Positions 25,835 through 35,189 of a stretch of 64,000 bases of DNA are shown piece after piece. How positions within the stretch are numbered: the first letter of the stretch is position 1; every line of letters starts with the position of its first letter. The DNA is from a virus, in the IMG/VR virus record IMGVR_UViG_3300030107_002332; one strand, 5' to 3'. The position numbers and the translations under genes were made by a program. A model generated the notes under the pieces. The model did no database searches and was not told the origin of the DNA. It was given only the letters and a program-made list of their open reading frames with translations.

Positions 25835-27522
25835 TTCTTCAGTAATAATATATAAAGACCATTCCACCATGAAGAATCATCTTCTGGTTTGTTAGTTAAT
25901 AGTTTACGTTCAAAGATTACATTAAGTTTCATAATACGAATGAACTCATCTACAGACTCAATAACATTAGGCATATTAGCATCATCAATGATAAGAATAA
26001 ACTCATCTTTACAGAACTGGTAAACATGTTTAAGATTAATATATTGTGCTTGAGGATCGTGATCTGCATCATAGAATATAACATTAACTTCCTCTGGTAA
26101 TGCTATGTTCTGTATATCCTCCTCAATTAATTTATAATCATATCTCTTATCAGGATACCAAGGTGGTTCCAATAATACTGCTTTAGGGTTCTGATACCCT
26201 TTAAAGTTTAAATCATCCCTGTTAGGATATGTTGGTTGTTTATAGTTATCAACTGCATATCCCTTAACATTATTATTCTGTAATGCTGAATAGAATGTAC
26301 CACCAGCATAACATCCAAGTTCTAAGTATACTGTATCAGATAATGAACAGATATTATTTAAGAAGTGTTTAGTTATATTTGATGTAAGTGATTCTATTGC
26401 AACTCCTGTATAGTTACTATCTAATCTCTCTGCCTTGTCTATTGACTCTAATATATGAGGTATTTTAGGATTAACTTCTATATCACCTTTACCATGTTTG
26501 TATACTGTATCACAGTAATTACACTTCCAACAGTTAAACTTACATGTCTTTATCTTATCTCTCCATACATCAATAGGTCTCTCTTTAATATCAACAACAT
26601 CAATATATTCTCTGAAATCAGAGAACAAATACTCTTCATTATTTGCCCATCTATCAATAATATCCATAGTCTCTTTAAGACGTAATGGTGCTTCTCTTCC
26701 ATGCATTTTAAATACATCAATTACATCTAAGAACTCAATCCAATCTTCTTTCCAAGGTGGTAGATTTGCTGCCTTAAGTGATGCTGCCCCATCAAGTGCA
26801 TCCCATTTACTACAACTAACTCTGCTAATCCTACTGTTAAAGTATTGAGGATCATCAGCATCTCTAGTATTATTATAGTGATAATGTTCTGGCATGATAG
26901 GACAATTACCCCAACAACCCTCATTAGTTAATAATGATAGTTTAATGGGATATCCCTGTTCAGCACAGTATTCTTTCGCCTCTTTGATTTCATTTAATCT
27001 ATCCCTATCTCTCATCAAGTCTCTATCTAGGTTTATATAATGGAAACCTGCTCTTGCAAGTTCAACTATCTCATTAGGTCTAGTAACTTCTCTTAGTATA
27101 GTATTCTTAATGTATAATTCAGGATATTGTTTCTGTATCTCTCCAGTTAATACCCATGATGTATGAGGTAGAGTAACAATCTTAATGCCAGCATTATATA
27201 ATGATTCAAAGTTATGAATCCATGTTTCTAAATTCTTTTGATCTGGTCTAACATATAGATTATTAAATGTTGCTGATAATGGTATACCTGATTCATTAGA
27301 TAACCATAATGCCATCTCAATGACTTGGAACTCCATGTCTTGAGTATAAAATACGTCACCCATTGCATCCTGTGTAAAGGGTGGCATCCTTGTAGTAAAA
27401 TATAAATCATATATTAGATCCTTATTTCTTATTAAGAACTGTAGATACTCATTCTTAATAAAATCTGGATCTAATTTAGGATTAATAGGAACTGAAAATA
27501 TTTTATTCTTCAACTGCATCAC
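25831..27522 (-). CDS. U32-family (Fe-S) domain fused to a class I SAM methyltransferase, copy B
   Basis: LLTNEGCWGNCPIMPEHY, SRVSC, VFKMHGR, CKFNCWKCNYC; C-terminal YLELGCYAGGT, IFYDADH, LIIDD. Confidence 0.75.
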   Translation of the reverse strand: MMQLKNKIFSVPINPKLDPDFIKNEYLQFLIRNKDLIYDLYFTTRMPPFTQDAMGDVFYTQDMEFQVIEMALWLSNESGIPLSATFNNLYVRPDQKNLETWIHNFESLYNAGIKIVTLPHTSWVLTGEIQKQYPELYIKNTILREVTRPNEIVELARAGFHYINLDRDLMRDRDRLNEIKEAKEYCAEQGYPIKLSLLTNEGCWGNCPIMPEHYHYNNTRDADDPQYFNSRISRVSCSKWDALDGAASLKAANLPPWKEDWIEFLDVIDVFKMHGREAPLRLKETMDIIDRWANNEEYLFSDFREYIDVVDIKERPIDVWRDKIKTCKFNCWKCNYCDTVYKHGKGDIEVNPKIPHILESIDKAERLDSNYTGVAIESLTSNITKHFLNNICSLSDTVYLELGCYAGGTFYSALQNNNVKGYAVDNYKQPTYPNRDDLNFKGYQNPKAVLLEPPWYPDKRYDYKLIEEDIQNIALPEEVNVIFYDADHDPQAQYINLKHVYQFCKDEFILIIDDANMPNVIESVDEFIRIMKLNVIFERKLLTNKPEDDSSWWNGLYILLLKK

Positions 27523-28261
27523 TAATCATCTTGCGTGATGGCATACCCTCTTCCAAGAAACTAATCTCTTGTTCTGCTTTTAGTCTCATTCTTTCCATAC
27601 CTGATTTAATACTACCAGCATACTTTAATGCTATATCAATAGTTTTAGATTGATCTTCTTCAGGCATCATCAAGATAGAATCTATATTACCAACATTAAT
27701 AGTACCATAACCAATAAGATCAACAGCAGATTGCTTTGCCATTCTTGCAACCCAATACTTATGTTCTTCTTCCTTATCTAATACCATATATGATGCAACT
27801 TCCTGTTCATCATCACATTGTTCTTTAATCCAATCTAAAAAGTATCTCAATTCCATTTCAGATTGAGTCAATCGTTTAACATATTCCTTTCTATCAATTT
27901 GCTTATCGTTTAACTCAACATATAATAATCTTGCATCAAAATCAGTTTTACCTGGTATATCTCCCTCTTTAAATCCTAACTTCTCTAACTCATGTACTTT
28001 CTTATCTATCTCAATATCTGCACGTTGTATCTCAATGTGCATCTTATTGATACCATGATTTCTTGTTGCTACTTCTAATAATGCTTGTCTTACTGCTCTA
28101 TACTTAGTAGCATGTGATCCTGCTACAAAGTTAGTACATTGAAATTCTGTTTGAGGAAATGGAGTTACATTGGCGTTCTTTCTAATGAACGTATCAAATT
28201 CATCAAAGGAAACTTGGGGTGACCCGTCCTGCATTGTATGTTCGGTATCCATCTGAGTCAT
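27503..28261 (-). CDS. Coiled-coil protein, cassette copy B
   Basis: QTEFQ..FV.GSH.T.YR..RQA..E and EEEHKYWVARMAKQSAVDL are shared with 33507..34451. Confidence 0.75.
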   Translation of the reverse strand: MTQMDTEHTMQDGSPQVSFDEFDTFIRKNANVTPFPQTEFQCTNFVAGSHATKYRAVRQALLEVATRNHGINKMHIEIQRADIEIDKKVHELEKLGFKEGDIPGKTDFDARLLYVELNDKQIDRKEYVKRLTQSEMELRYFLDWIKEQCDDEQEVASYMVLDKEEEHKYWVARMAKQSAVDLIGYGTINVGNIDSILMMPEEDQSKTIDIALKYAGSIKSGMERMRLKAEQEISFLEEGMPSRKMISDAVEE

Positions 28262-28766
28262 ATTTAGATAATGCTAATGCTTGAGTTCTTGGTAACTCAT
28301 CACCAAGATAGTCCTCATATATTATATTGATATCTTCCATTGTACTGCAATTATCAATAGATGTCAATAAGGCACTGTTATATGTAGCATGTGAATCACC
28401 AAGTTTACTGATACCATACTCAACTAATTTCTTAGCGACTTTCTTCATTAATGATACACATGTTGCTCTATCTTCATCACTAATTTCTGTTTTAATCTTC
28501 TGTGAATTACCATTACCATCATCAGTCCACTCACTTGTATGTGTCCTTACTTCTGCCCATAATTGTCCACCTTTAATTGCTTCATTCTCAGATATCTTAT
28601 CTAATGTCCAACCATTCATATACTCATCTATAGTTTCTTGTGTTACACCACAGATTGCATATTTAATTTTATTATTAACATACATCAATCTACTACCTCT
28701 TACTTCAACAGGTAGATCTTCAACATCATGTATGAAGAATATTAAATTGGGATCGTATAATGCCAT
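28203..28766 (-). CDS. Putative fibre-assembly-associated protein, cassette copy B
   Basis: WAEVR..SE....G...KIK.EI and CSTMEDINIIYEDYLG are shared with 34393..35187. Confidence 0.65.
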   Translation of the reverse strand: MALYDPNLIFFIHDVEDLPVEVRGSRLMYVNNKIKYAICGVTQETIDEYMNGWTLDKISENEAIKGGQLWAEVRTHTSEWTDDGNGNSQKIKTEISDEDRATCVSLMKKVAKKLVEYGISKLGDSHATYNSALLTSIDNCSTMEDINIIYEDYLGDELPRTQALALSKYDSDGYRTYNAGRVTPSFL

Positions 28767-29773
28767 TAGTATGAGGGGGGTGTAATTCCGTAAGAAGAGT
28801 TATTAAATGAGAAAGCAGAAGCATTGCCAGCACTGGACATTCCATTGTGTCCTTTAGGTTCCATACCTCCACCACCTGAACTATATGTATCACTTGTAGT
28901 AGAGAACTTGTATGAATTATTATTCTGTGAACCGTTATAATGTCCTAAACAATATCCTTTAAAGTTACCTTGCTGATAATTCTCTTCACCTGAGTTCTGT
29001 ACGTTGAATGTAGATATATTAGCACCAGTATCATCATTACATTTTGCTAAACCCGTAACACAGTTACCACCCGTCTTCATATAGAAATGACCCATCCAAC
29101 TACCACATGCTTTACCCCATCCGTTAGTTCCTGGTGAATTACTCCATGTTGACCATGACTCATTTGCCCATGTCATATATTGAGCAGTACCACCTGTCTT
29201 CATGTATCCTCTTAATCTTCCTTGTGTCCCTGCTGTATAGTCACCACCACTACCAAATCCATTAGTAGTAGCATTAGAATCATTCTTCATATTAGTTCTA
29301 TCAGTGGTGCTATTACCACCTCCACTAATATAGATATGAGCACCCATGTAATGATAATCAATCATACATCCCATGTCATTCCTACTAACATTCATTCCAG
29401 ATTGATTACCTCTGTTTGATTCATTGCTCATTTGCATTGACCAAACTCTGTTAGACCATCCAGAGAATGAATTATCAGTACCATAGCAATACATGTGAAG
29501 ATCACTAAATGCACCATCAATATATGATCCAGCATCATTCATCTTGTCACCAAGATTAGTTGATGTATCATTACTATGTTGTGTCCTATTTACATTTCTC
29601 CAAGGAGCAGCATTTTTATATCCTCCAGCAACGAACCCATGCGTACATATCCTTGATCTCTCCCAAGGTGTAGCAGTAGGTCCATGTTCACTACCTTGTG
29701 ATCTACTATGCTTTGCTCTACCAGAGGTTACAAATGGTCCTTGTGCAGTAGCACTTGCCGTTAGTCCTGACAT
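28766..29773 (-). CDS. Gly/Ser-rich Kelch-like beta-propeller virion protein, copy B
   Basis: THGFVAGGYKNAAPWRNVNR, GYCLGHYNGSQNNNSYK, EPKGHNGMSSA are nearly identical to motifs in 35190..36581. Confidence 0.7.
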   Translation of the reverse strand: MSGLTASATAQGPFVTSGRAKHSRSQGSEHGPTATPWERSRICTHGFVAGGYKNAAPWRNVNRTQHSNDTSTNLGDKMNDAGSYIDGAFSDLHMYCYGTDNSFSGWSNRVWSMQMSNESNRGNQSGMNVSRNDMGCMIDYHYMGAHIYISGGGNSTTDRTNMKNDSNATTNGFGSGGDYTAGTQGRLRGYMKTGGTAQYMTWANESWSTWSNSPGTNGWGKACGSWMGHFYMKTGGNCVTGLAKCNDDTGANISTFNVQNSGEENYQQGNFKGYCLGHYNGSQNNNSYKFSTTSDTYSSGGGGMEPKGHNGMSSAGNASAFSFNNSSYGITPPSY

Positions 29774-29786
29774 TCAAGTTCCCTCC

Positions 29787-30323
29787 TTATGTGTAGAAGT
29801 TCTGGTTAGCATAAATTCGGAAGTCATTATTACCGATCTTCATTATAGTATATGTGTATACATCAACAGAGTTAGTATGTCCTGAGTTAGGAGTACCAAA
29901 TCCACCTAACCATTTTGGTGTCTTACCACTACCATCTATTTGCCATCCATTATTATAATATGCTGTACTACCTTGCTGAACATATAGTACAAATGTAAGA
30001 GACTGATCTGTACTCATTTCACTATTCAATGTAACTGAAGAACTACCTCTAAAGTTCACTGTCCAGTTACCACCAGCATTACCAGTATAATGATATATTT
30101 GTGCAGTCTGAAAATCTAAATTAATAGTTCCTGATAAAGCACTACTTGAGTTTACTATTGTCTCTTTACCTCCACCACCTCCTGCTGGTGCTGCCCACGC
30201 TAAAACTCCAGCACCATTTGTGGTAAGCACATCATTGGCATTACCTTGTACATTTGGATAGGTATTAGTTCCTGCAATGAGACTGGTGCTTACTGTTGCA
30301 GTACCTACTGTAAGTGCTGACAT
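29787..30323 (-). CDS. Short tail-fibre-like protein (178 aa)
   Basis: QGNANDVLTTNGAGVLAW fibre repeat and a C-terminal beta domain (INLDF...NWTVNFRG...DVYTYTIMK). Confidence 0.7.
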   Translation of the reverse strand: MSALTVGTATVSTSLIAGTNTYPNVQGNANDVLTTNGAGVLAWAAPAGGGGGKETIVNSSSALSGTINLDFQTAQIYHYTGNAGGNWTVNFRGSSSVTLNSEMSTDQSLTFVLYVQQGSTAYYNNGWQIDGSGKTPKWLGGFGTPNSGHTNSVDVYTYTIMKIGNNDFRIYANQNFYT

Positions 30324-30347
30324 TTATTCTATACTATTTCTCTCAGT

Positions 30348-30355
30348 TATTTATA
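30348..30355 (-). promoter_or_regulatory. T4-type late promoter TATAAATA
   Basis: Exact TATAAATA on the minus strand, 25 nt upstream of 30323. Confidence 0.75.
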
Positions 30356-31376
30356 TAATCAATGTGAAGAACCCATACGTTATTAAACATGCACACAATC
30401 CTCCTAATACTTTATAATATTTCTTGATAGGTGTACCAAAATACTGTTGACCAATCATTAAACACTTATGTGCTGGTGATAATAGATAACCAGAATACTC
30501 TGTAGTTAAGAACCATACAAGATATTGTGGTCCAAATATAGCAACTAACGCTGAAGTCATACCAGCATACTTACCACTACTACCCATAATATATGCTGCT
30601 ACTGCTGCTACAATACTAACAGGTATAATCATAGTAGTATCTGCACTCTTAAGATACTCCATCACTGGTGCATGTATCTGTTTAACTACACCACCTAATG
30701 CCAATACTACTGTTGCAATGATAGCAAACTTACCATCCAAATATTTACCCCACTTCCAATCTTTACATATAATACTATAATAACATGCCATAGCAGCAAA
30801 CCAAGGGAAGAAGAATATAGCACCTGCTTTACCTACACATAATAAGAACCATAGTGTAGCAATAAATGGTGCCCATCCTCTTAATGCTCTCTTCCAATTA
30901 AAATCACTAATATTACTCATGTCAGGAACAACACTTTGAGGATCTACCTTAGTAAAAATATACCACCATGTATATGCTAAACATATACACAATGGTACAA
31001 TAGTATATCCTAAAAATGTAGTATAACTTATACCCATGACTGCCATAGGTAGTGCCACAGTCTTTTCAAGTGGACTCCACCAATAGTAATGATGAGTAGA
31101 AAGATAATCAATTATACCAAACTCACTTCTCTTTCTCTTATTTTCTGGTGCTATAGCATCTAATAATGGTGCTGATAGTGCTACTCTACCAGGTATAGGT
31201 AGGACTCCACCAAATATAGATGTAATGATTATCATCACACGATTATCTTTTACATATCTCTTTGCTAATGAATATACATCATCCAATACATGATATTGAC
31301 GAATAAATCCACCCAATATCATAATACCGAAAATGTAACCCATGTAGAGTTCATTCTTAAGGATCGCTGATAACAT
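30351..31376 (-). CDS. Multi-pass membrane protein, DUF401 / ion-transporter superfamily-like
   Basis: Roughly 9-10 hydrophobic segments; GGVLPIPGRVALSAP, THHYYWWSPL and YSGYLLSPAHKCL...YFG resemble DUF401 motifs. Confidence 0.7.
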   Translation of the reverse strand: MLSAILKNELYMGYIFGIMILGGFIRQYHVLDDVYSLAKRYVKDNRVMIIITSIFGGVLPIPGRVALSAPLLDAIAPENKRKRSEFGIIDYLSTHHYYWWSPLEKTVALPMAVMGISYTTFLGYTIVPLCICLAYTWWYIFTKVDPQSVVPDMSNISDFNWKRALRGWAPFIATLWFLLCVGKAGAIFFFPWFAAMACYYSIICKDWKWGKYLDGKFAIIATVVLALGGVVKQIHAPVMEYLKSADTTMIIPVSIVAAVAAYIMGSSGKYAGMTSALVAIFGPQYLVWFLTTEYSGYLLSPAHKCLMIGQQYFGTPIKKYYKVLGGLCACLITYGFFTLII

Positions 31377-31875
31377 AGTTTAAATTTAATACCATTCTAT
31401 ATGTCTGATCGCTGCATGATACAGACGTATGCTTTATATAGTTTGGAAATGTGACCAATCTATTTGCAACACTGTGTATTTTAACACCATCCTCAAATTC
31501 TGTCCACCCATTATTAGTATTCATATAAAATATGGACACCATAACTGATGGATTTGTAGTGTTTGTTATGTCAACATGTAGATTATGTTTTAATTGAGTA
31601 TCATGTTGTAGAGTAATATTTCCTTTAATTCTCAACACAGCAAGAGGATCTATCTTCTTGACTAAAGGAAATAATATATTACACCCATCCATTGCCATAT
31701 TATTTTCATAAAAGTAATGAACGAATTGCATATTACGCAACTTATTACCTTCATGCTCTTCTGCATCAATACTTGATGGATACCAAGGGAATGATGGCAT
31801 GAGTAACTCATTAGATAATGTATTAAATGTACCAGTATCTAAAAAGTTATCAGTAATTTTATAATAGTCTTGCAC
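31357..31875 (-). CDS. 2OG-Fe(II) oxygenase-like protein, cassette copy A
   Basis: ITDNFL, NLHVD, SIFYMNTNNGWTEFEDG, KHTSVSC...RMVLNLN; paralogue of 25313..25834. Confidence 0.8.
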   Translation of the reverse strand: MQDYYKITDNFLDTGTFNTLSNELLMPSFPWYPSSIDAEEHEGNKLRNMQFVHYFYENNMAMDGCNILFPLVKKIDPLAVLRIKGNITLQHDTQLKHNLHVDITNTTNPSVMVSIFYMNTNNGWTEFEDGVKIHSVANRLVTFPNYIKHTSVSCSDQTYRMVLNLNYVISDP

Positions 31876-33628
31876 CTGCTCCCTCTTGAGTCTTATCTAC
31901 AACAACTATATACATACCATTCCACCAATCATTAGCATCTTCTAATTCTTTTGTTAATAACTTCCTTTCAAATACTACAGTCTTATCTTTTAAAAACTTC
32001 TCAGTAGTTTCAATCACACCTTCAAAGTTAGCATCATCAACAATTAAAACATAACTATCTGCTGCTTGACTATGAATCTTCTCTAAGTTAGTGACCATCC
32101 TTGAGTCTTGATTATCAGCATCATAGAATACTACATTAGGTGGGAACTGAGGATTATACTCTACTTCATGTATAGGTCTAACTGATAATCCAACTGAATT
32201 ATCCTCACTCATCCATTTCTCTGTATTATCAACAAATGTTTGTATAGGATTCTCTACCTCAAACTGTGAATGTAAATCTTTACGTCTTGGTTTAACTACA
32301 CCTGCTGAGTAATCATCAATAGCATATGCTCTGACATCTTTATTACCCATTAGTGCTGCAAACAATGTGCTACCCATGTAACATCCAGCATCAACATATA
32401 CTGTACCAGGTACACTACACATATTATTAAGGAAGTGTCTAACTTTAGATGATGATAACCCTAAGACATCATACCCTTCAGGTTTGAAATTAGAATTATT
32501 ATCAACAGCACCATCTATTGCCTTGATAACTCTGTCTATAAGTGGATTCAAAACTCTCTTCTCCTTCTTCATGGATGATTCTACCACAGACTCACAGTAA
32601 TTGCAATCCCAACAATCGAACTTGCATGTCTTGATTTTGTCTCGCCATATATTTATAGGTGCATCCTTAAGATGTAAATCCTTAAAGAATGGATCAAAAT
32701 CATTATATAATAATTCCTCATCTGCATCCCACTTAGCAATAATATCCATTGATTCTTTCATTCTTATGGCATTATCTCTACCATGAAATTTGAATACATC
32801 AATACCTAAGTCAAAGAACTCTTCCCAATCTGCTTTCCAAGGTGGTAAGTTAGATCCCTTAAGTGCACTAGCAGGATCATATACATCCCAACGACTACAT
32901 GATACTCTACTAATTTCACTATAAAAGAACTGAGGATCTCTTCCTTCTCTTGTTGCATTAATATGATAATGCTCTGGCATAATAGGACAACCACCCCAAC
33001 ATCCCTCATTAACTAATAATGAGATCTTAATTGGTTTACCTTTATCTGCACAATATTCCTTTGCTTTTTTAATACGCAACAATAGTTCTTTGTCACGCAT
33101 TAGATCACGATCTAAATTGACATAATGAAACCCAGACGTAGCAAGAGATACTATCTCATTAGGTCTTGCAACCTCTCTAAGTATAGTATTCTTAATGTAC
33201 AGTTCTGGGAACTCTTTTTGTATTTGTCCTGTAGATACCCATGAAGTATGAGGTAACGTAACAGTCTTTACACCAATATTATATAATGGTGTAAAATTCT
33301 CAATCCAAATATCTAAATTCTTCTGGTCAGGTCTTACCCATAGACTATTAAATGTTGCTGACAATGGTATGCCAGTCTCTTGCATTATATAAAATGAATT
33401 CTTAGCAGCATCCTTCGCATCACTTTCTGTACGAAAGGTGTCACCCATTGCATCATTCATAAATGGTGGCATACGACAAGTAAAATACAAGTCGTATATT
33501 AAATGCTTATGCTTTTTTAGAAATGGAATCAGTGATTCTTCTATCAACTCTGGAGGAAGTTTCGGGTTGATCGGAAGACTGAAGATTCCTTTCTTTTCTA
33601 TCTGCGAGGTTACTGGTTGCATAATCAC
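31859..33628 (-). CDS. U32-family (Fe-S) domain fused to a class I SAM methyltransferase, copy A
   Basis: LLVNEGCWGGCPIMPEHY, SRVSC, VFKFHGR, CKFDCWDCNYC; YVDAGCYMGST, VFYDADN, LIVDD. Confidence 0.75.
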   Translation of the reverse strand: MIMQPVTSQIEKKGIFSLPINPKLPPELIEESLIPFLKKHKHLIYDLYFTCRMPPFMNDAMGDTFRTESDAKDAAKNSFYIMQETGIPLSATFNSLWVRPDQKNLDIWIENFTPLYNIGVKTVTLPHTSWVSTGQIQKEFPELYIKNTILREVARPNEIVSLATSGFHYVNLDRDLMRDKELLLRIKKAKEYCADKGKPIKISLLVNEGCWGGCPIMPEHYHINATREGRDPQFFYSEISRVSCSRWDVYDPASALKGSNLPPWKADWEEFFDLGIDVFKFHGRDNAIRMKESMDIIAKWDADEELLYNDFDPFFKDLHLKDAPINIWRDKIKTCKFDCWDCNYCESVVESSMKKEKRVLNPLIDRVIKAIDGAVDNNSNFKPEGYDVLGLSSSKVRHFLNNMCSVPGTVYVDAGCYMGSTLFAALMGNKDVRAYAIDDYSAGVVKPRRKDLHSQFEVENPIQTFVDNTEKWMSEDNSVGLSVRPIHEVEYNPQFPPNVVFYDADNQDSRMVTNLEKIHSQAADSYVLIVDDANFEGVIETTEKFLKDKTVVFERKLLTKELEDANDWWNGMYIVVVDKTQEGAGARLL

Positions 33629-34451
33629 TTAAAACACCTGCGGTGTCAAACATTTGTGGTGGTTGATCTTTCAACATTCTATCAACTTTATCTTCTGCTG
33701 CTTCTTTAATTTTACCAACAGATTTATTCATTGCTGTAGAATATGTCATAGCGAGATCAGTCACTGCTGCTTGATCTTCGGGATTCATCATCAACATACT
33801 ATCTAGGTTACCTGCCTGAATACGTCCTGTAGTAAGAAGATCCGTTGCGGATTGTTTTGCCATACGAGCAATCCAATACTTATGCTCTTCTTCTTCCTGA
33901 AGATTTTTATCAGAAAGATACTTAGTAACCTCACTTGCAGGTAGATCACCTACCTTTTCTTTGATGATACTTAATATACCTGATAGTTCTGATTGACATT
34001 GACGTATTTTATTCTTCCAACTCTGTAAGTCAAGATATAATAGTTCTAATTCATATTTCTTATCTTCTTTCCAATACTCATCCTTCTCTTCATTCATTTC
34101 TGCTTCTACACGTTTGCAATCATTAATAGATCTTTTATACTGTATAATTACTCGTTGTAATGATTGATAACGTGACTGTACTTCCATACATGCCTGTCTA
34201 ATCTGACGGTATGGTGTGACTTGTGAATTAACTACGAACCATCTATTCTGAAACTCAGTCTGTTCAAAGAAAGCAGTATCAGTCCAGTCTATTATACCTC
34301 TATCAAAATCATCAACACCTTTCCAATCCAATGATGGATCAGAAAAGGAGTCGAGATCCTCCATAATATTATCGATTGTATATCTAGGATCCTTAGAAAC
34401 GTATTCCGTACTTAAATGGTTTTTCTCGTTCGACGAGTCCTGTTTCTTCAT
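33507..34451 (-). CDS. Coiled-coil protein, cassette copy A
   Basis: QTEFQNRWFVVNSQVTPYRQIRQA, EEEEHKYWIARMAKQSATDL; start may be internal. Confidence 0.75.
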   Translation of the reverse strand: MKKQDSSNEKNHLSTEYVSKDPRYTIDNIMEDLDSFSDPSLDWKGVDDFDRGIIDWTDTAFFEQTEFQNRWFVVNSQVTPYRQIRQACMEVQSRYQSLQRVIIQYKRSINDCKRVEAEMNEEKDEYWKEDKKYELELLYLDLQSWKNKIRQCQSELSGILSIIKEKVGDLPASEVTKYLSDKNLQEEEEHKYWIARMAKQSATDLLTTGRIQAGNLDSMLMMNPEDQAAVTDLAMTYSTAMNKSVGKIKEAAEDKVDRMLKDQPPQMFDTAGVLSDYATSNLADRKERNLQSSDQPETSSRVDRRITDSISKKA

Positions 34452-35187
34452 TACGAATTCCTCTTCCTGTATCTAATGTTTGTTGGTCAGTCATTTGCTC
34501 ACCATAGTAATCTTCAAGGAATATATTAATCTCTGCAACTGTAGTACATGCTTTAAGTGCACGAATTACTTTTTGTTCAGCAACAGCAAGATCATATAAT
34601 TTTTCTTTCCAACTAACGTGGGATGTTACTATTTTAGTAGCAAACTCCTCTGTTGTCAATCCCCTCAGTTCTGCAAGTCGATTAATCAACTTAGGTTCAA
34701 ACTTATCATCATCTAAAACTGCTTTAGATTCTGCAAGTTGATCTGGGAAGACTGCCTGTTCAAGGTAAGAGTATTTAGTCTTTAATACGTTGAGTCTTTT
34801 CTCAAAAATTTCTTGTGTCTTTAGGGTTATTACGTCCTGCATAAATGGTACGACATACTTACCAAATATACTTTTATCTTCTATCTCTACCTTTTCTTTT
34901 AAAGTAGTTCCTTCATCATTAACACCATATTCAGATCTCTTAAATCTTGTCTCACCCCAATACCTTGCCCCAAAATCTGCTTCCTTATAGGTATAACGAA
35001 GATGTGTAATATCATTAGGAATATAGTCCCAGAACTCATCATCCAGCACATAATATTCTATCCCCATGTTGCCACCAAGAAGAGTACCCCATGTGTCTAC
35101 TTGAGGAAATTTCTCTACATCCAAGACTATCACATCAGAATATCCTGGATTCTCTCTGGTATTAGGACTTGTTAAAACGCTAGACAT
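34393..35187 (-). CDS. Putative tail-fibre assembly protein, cassette copy A
   Basis: YSYLEQAVFPDQLAESKA...LAELRGLTTEEFATKIV...ACTTVAEIN resembles phage fibre-assembly proteins; directly follows the fibre gene. Confidence 0.6.
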   Translation of the reverse strand: MSSVLTSPNTRENPGYSDVIVLDVEKFPQVDTWGTLLGGNMGIEYYVLDDEFWDYIPNDITHLRYTYKEADFGARYWGETRFKRSEYGVNDEGTTLKEKVEIEDKSIFGKYVVPFMQDVITLKTQEIFEKRLNVLKTKYSYLEQAVFPDQLAESKAVLDDDKFEPKLINRLAELRGLTTEEFATKIVTSHVSWKEKLYDLAVAEQKVIRALKACTTVAEINIFLEDYYGEQMTDQQTLDTGRGIRNEETGLVEREKPFKYGIRF

Positions 35188-35189
35188 TA

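Noticed and set aside
25831-33628. U32 genes as collagenase-type proteases
   Set aside because: The protease label is legacy annotation; characterised members are Fe-S hydroxylases, and the Cys ligands are conserved here.
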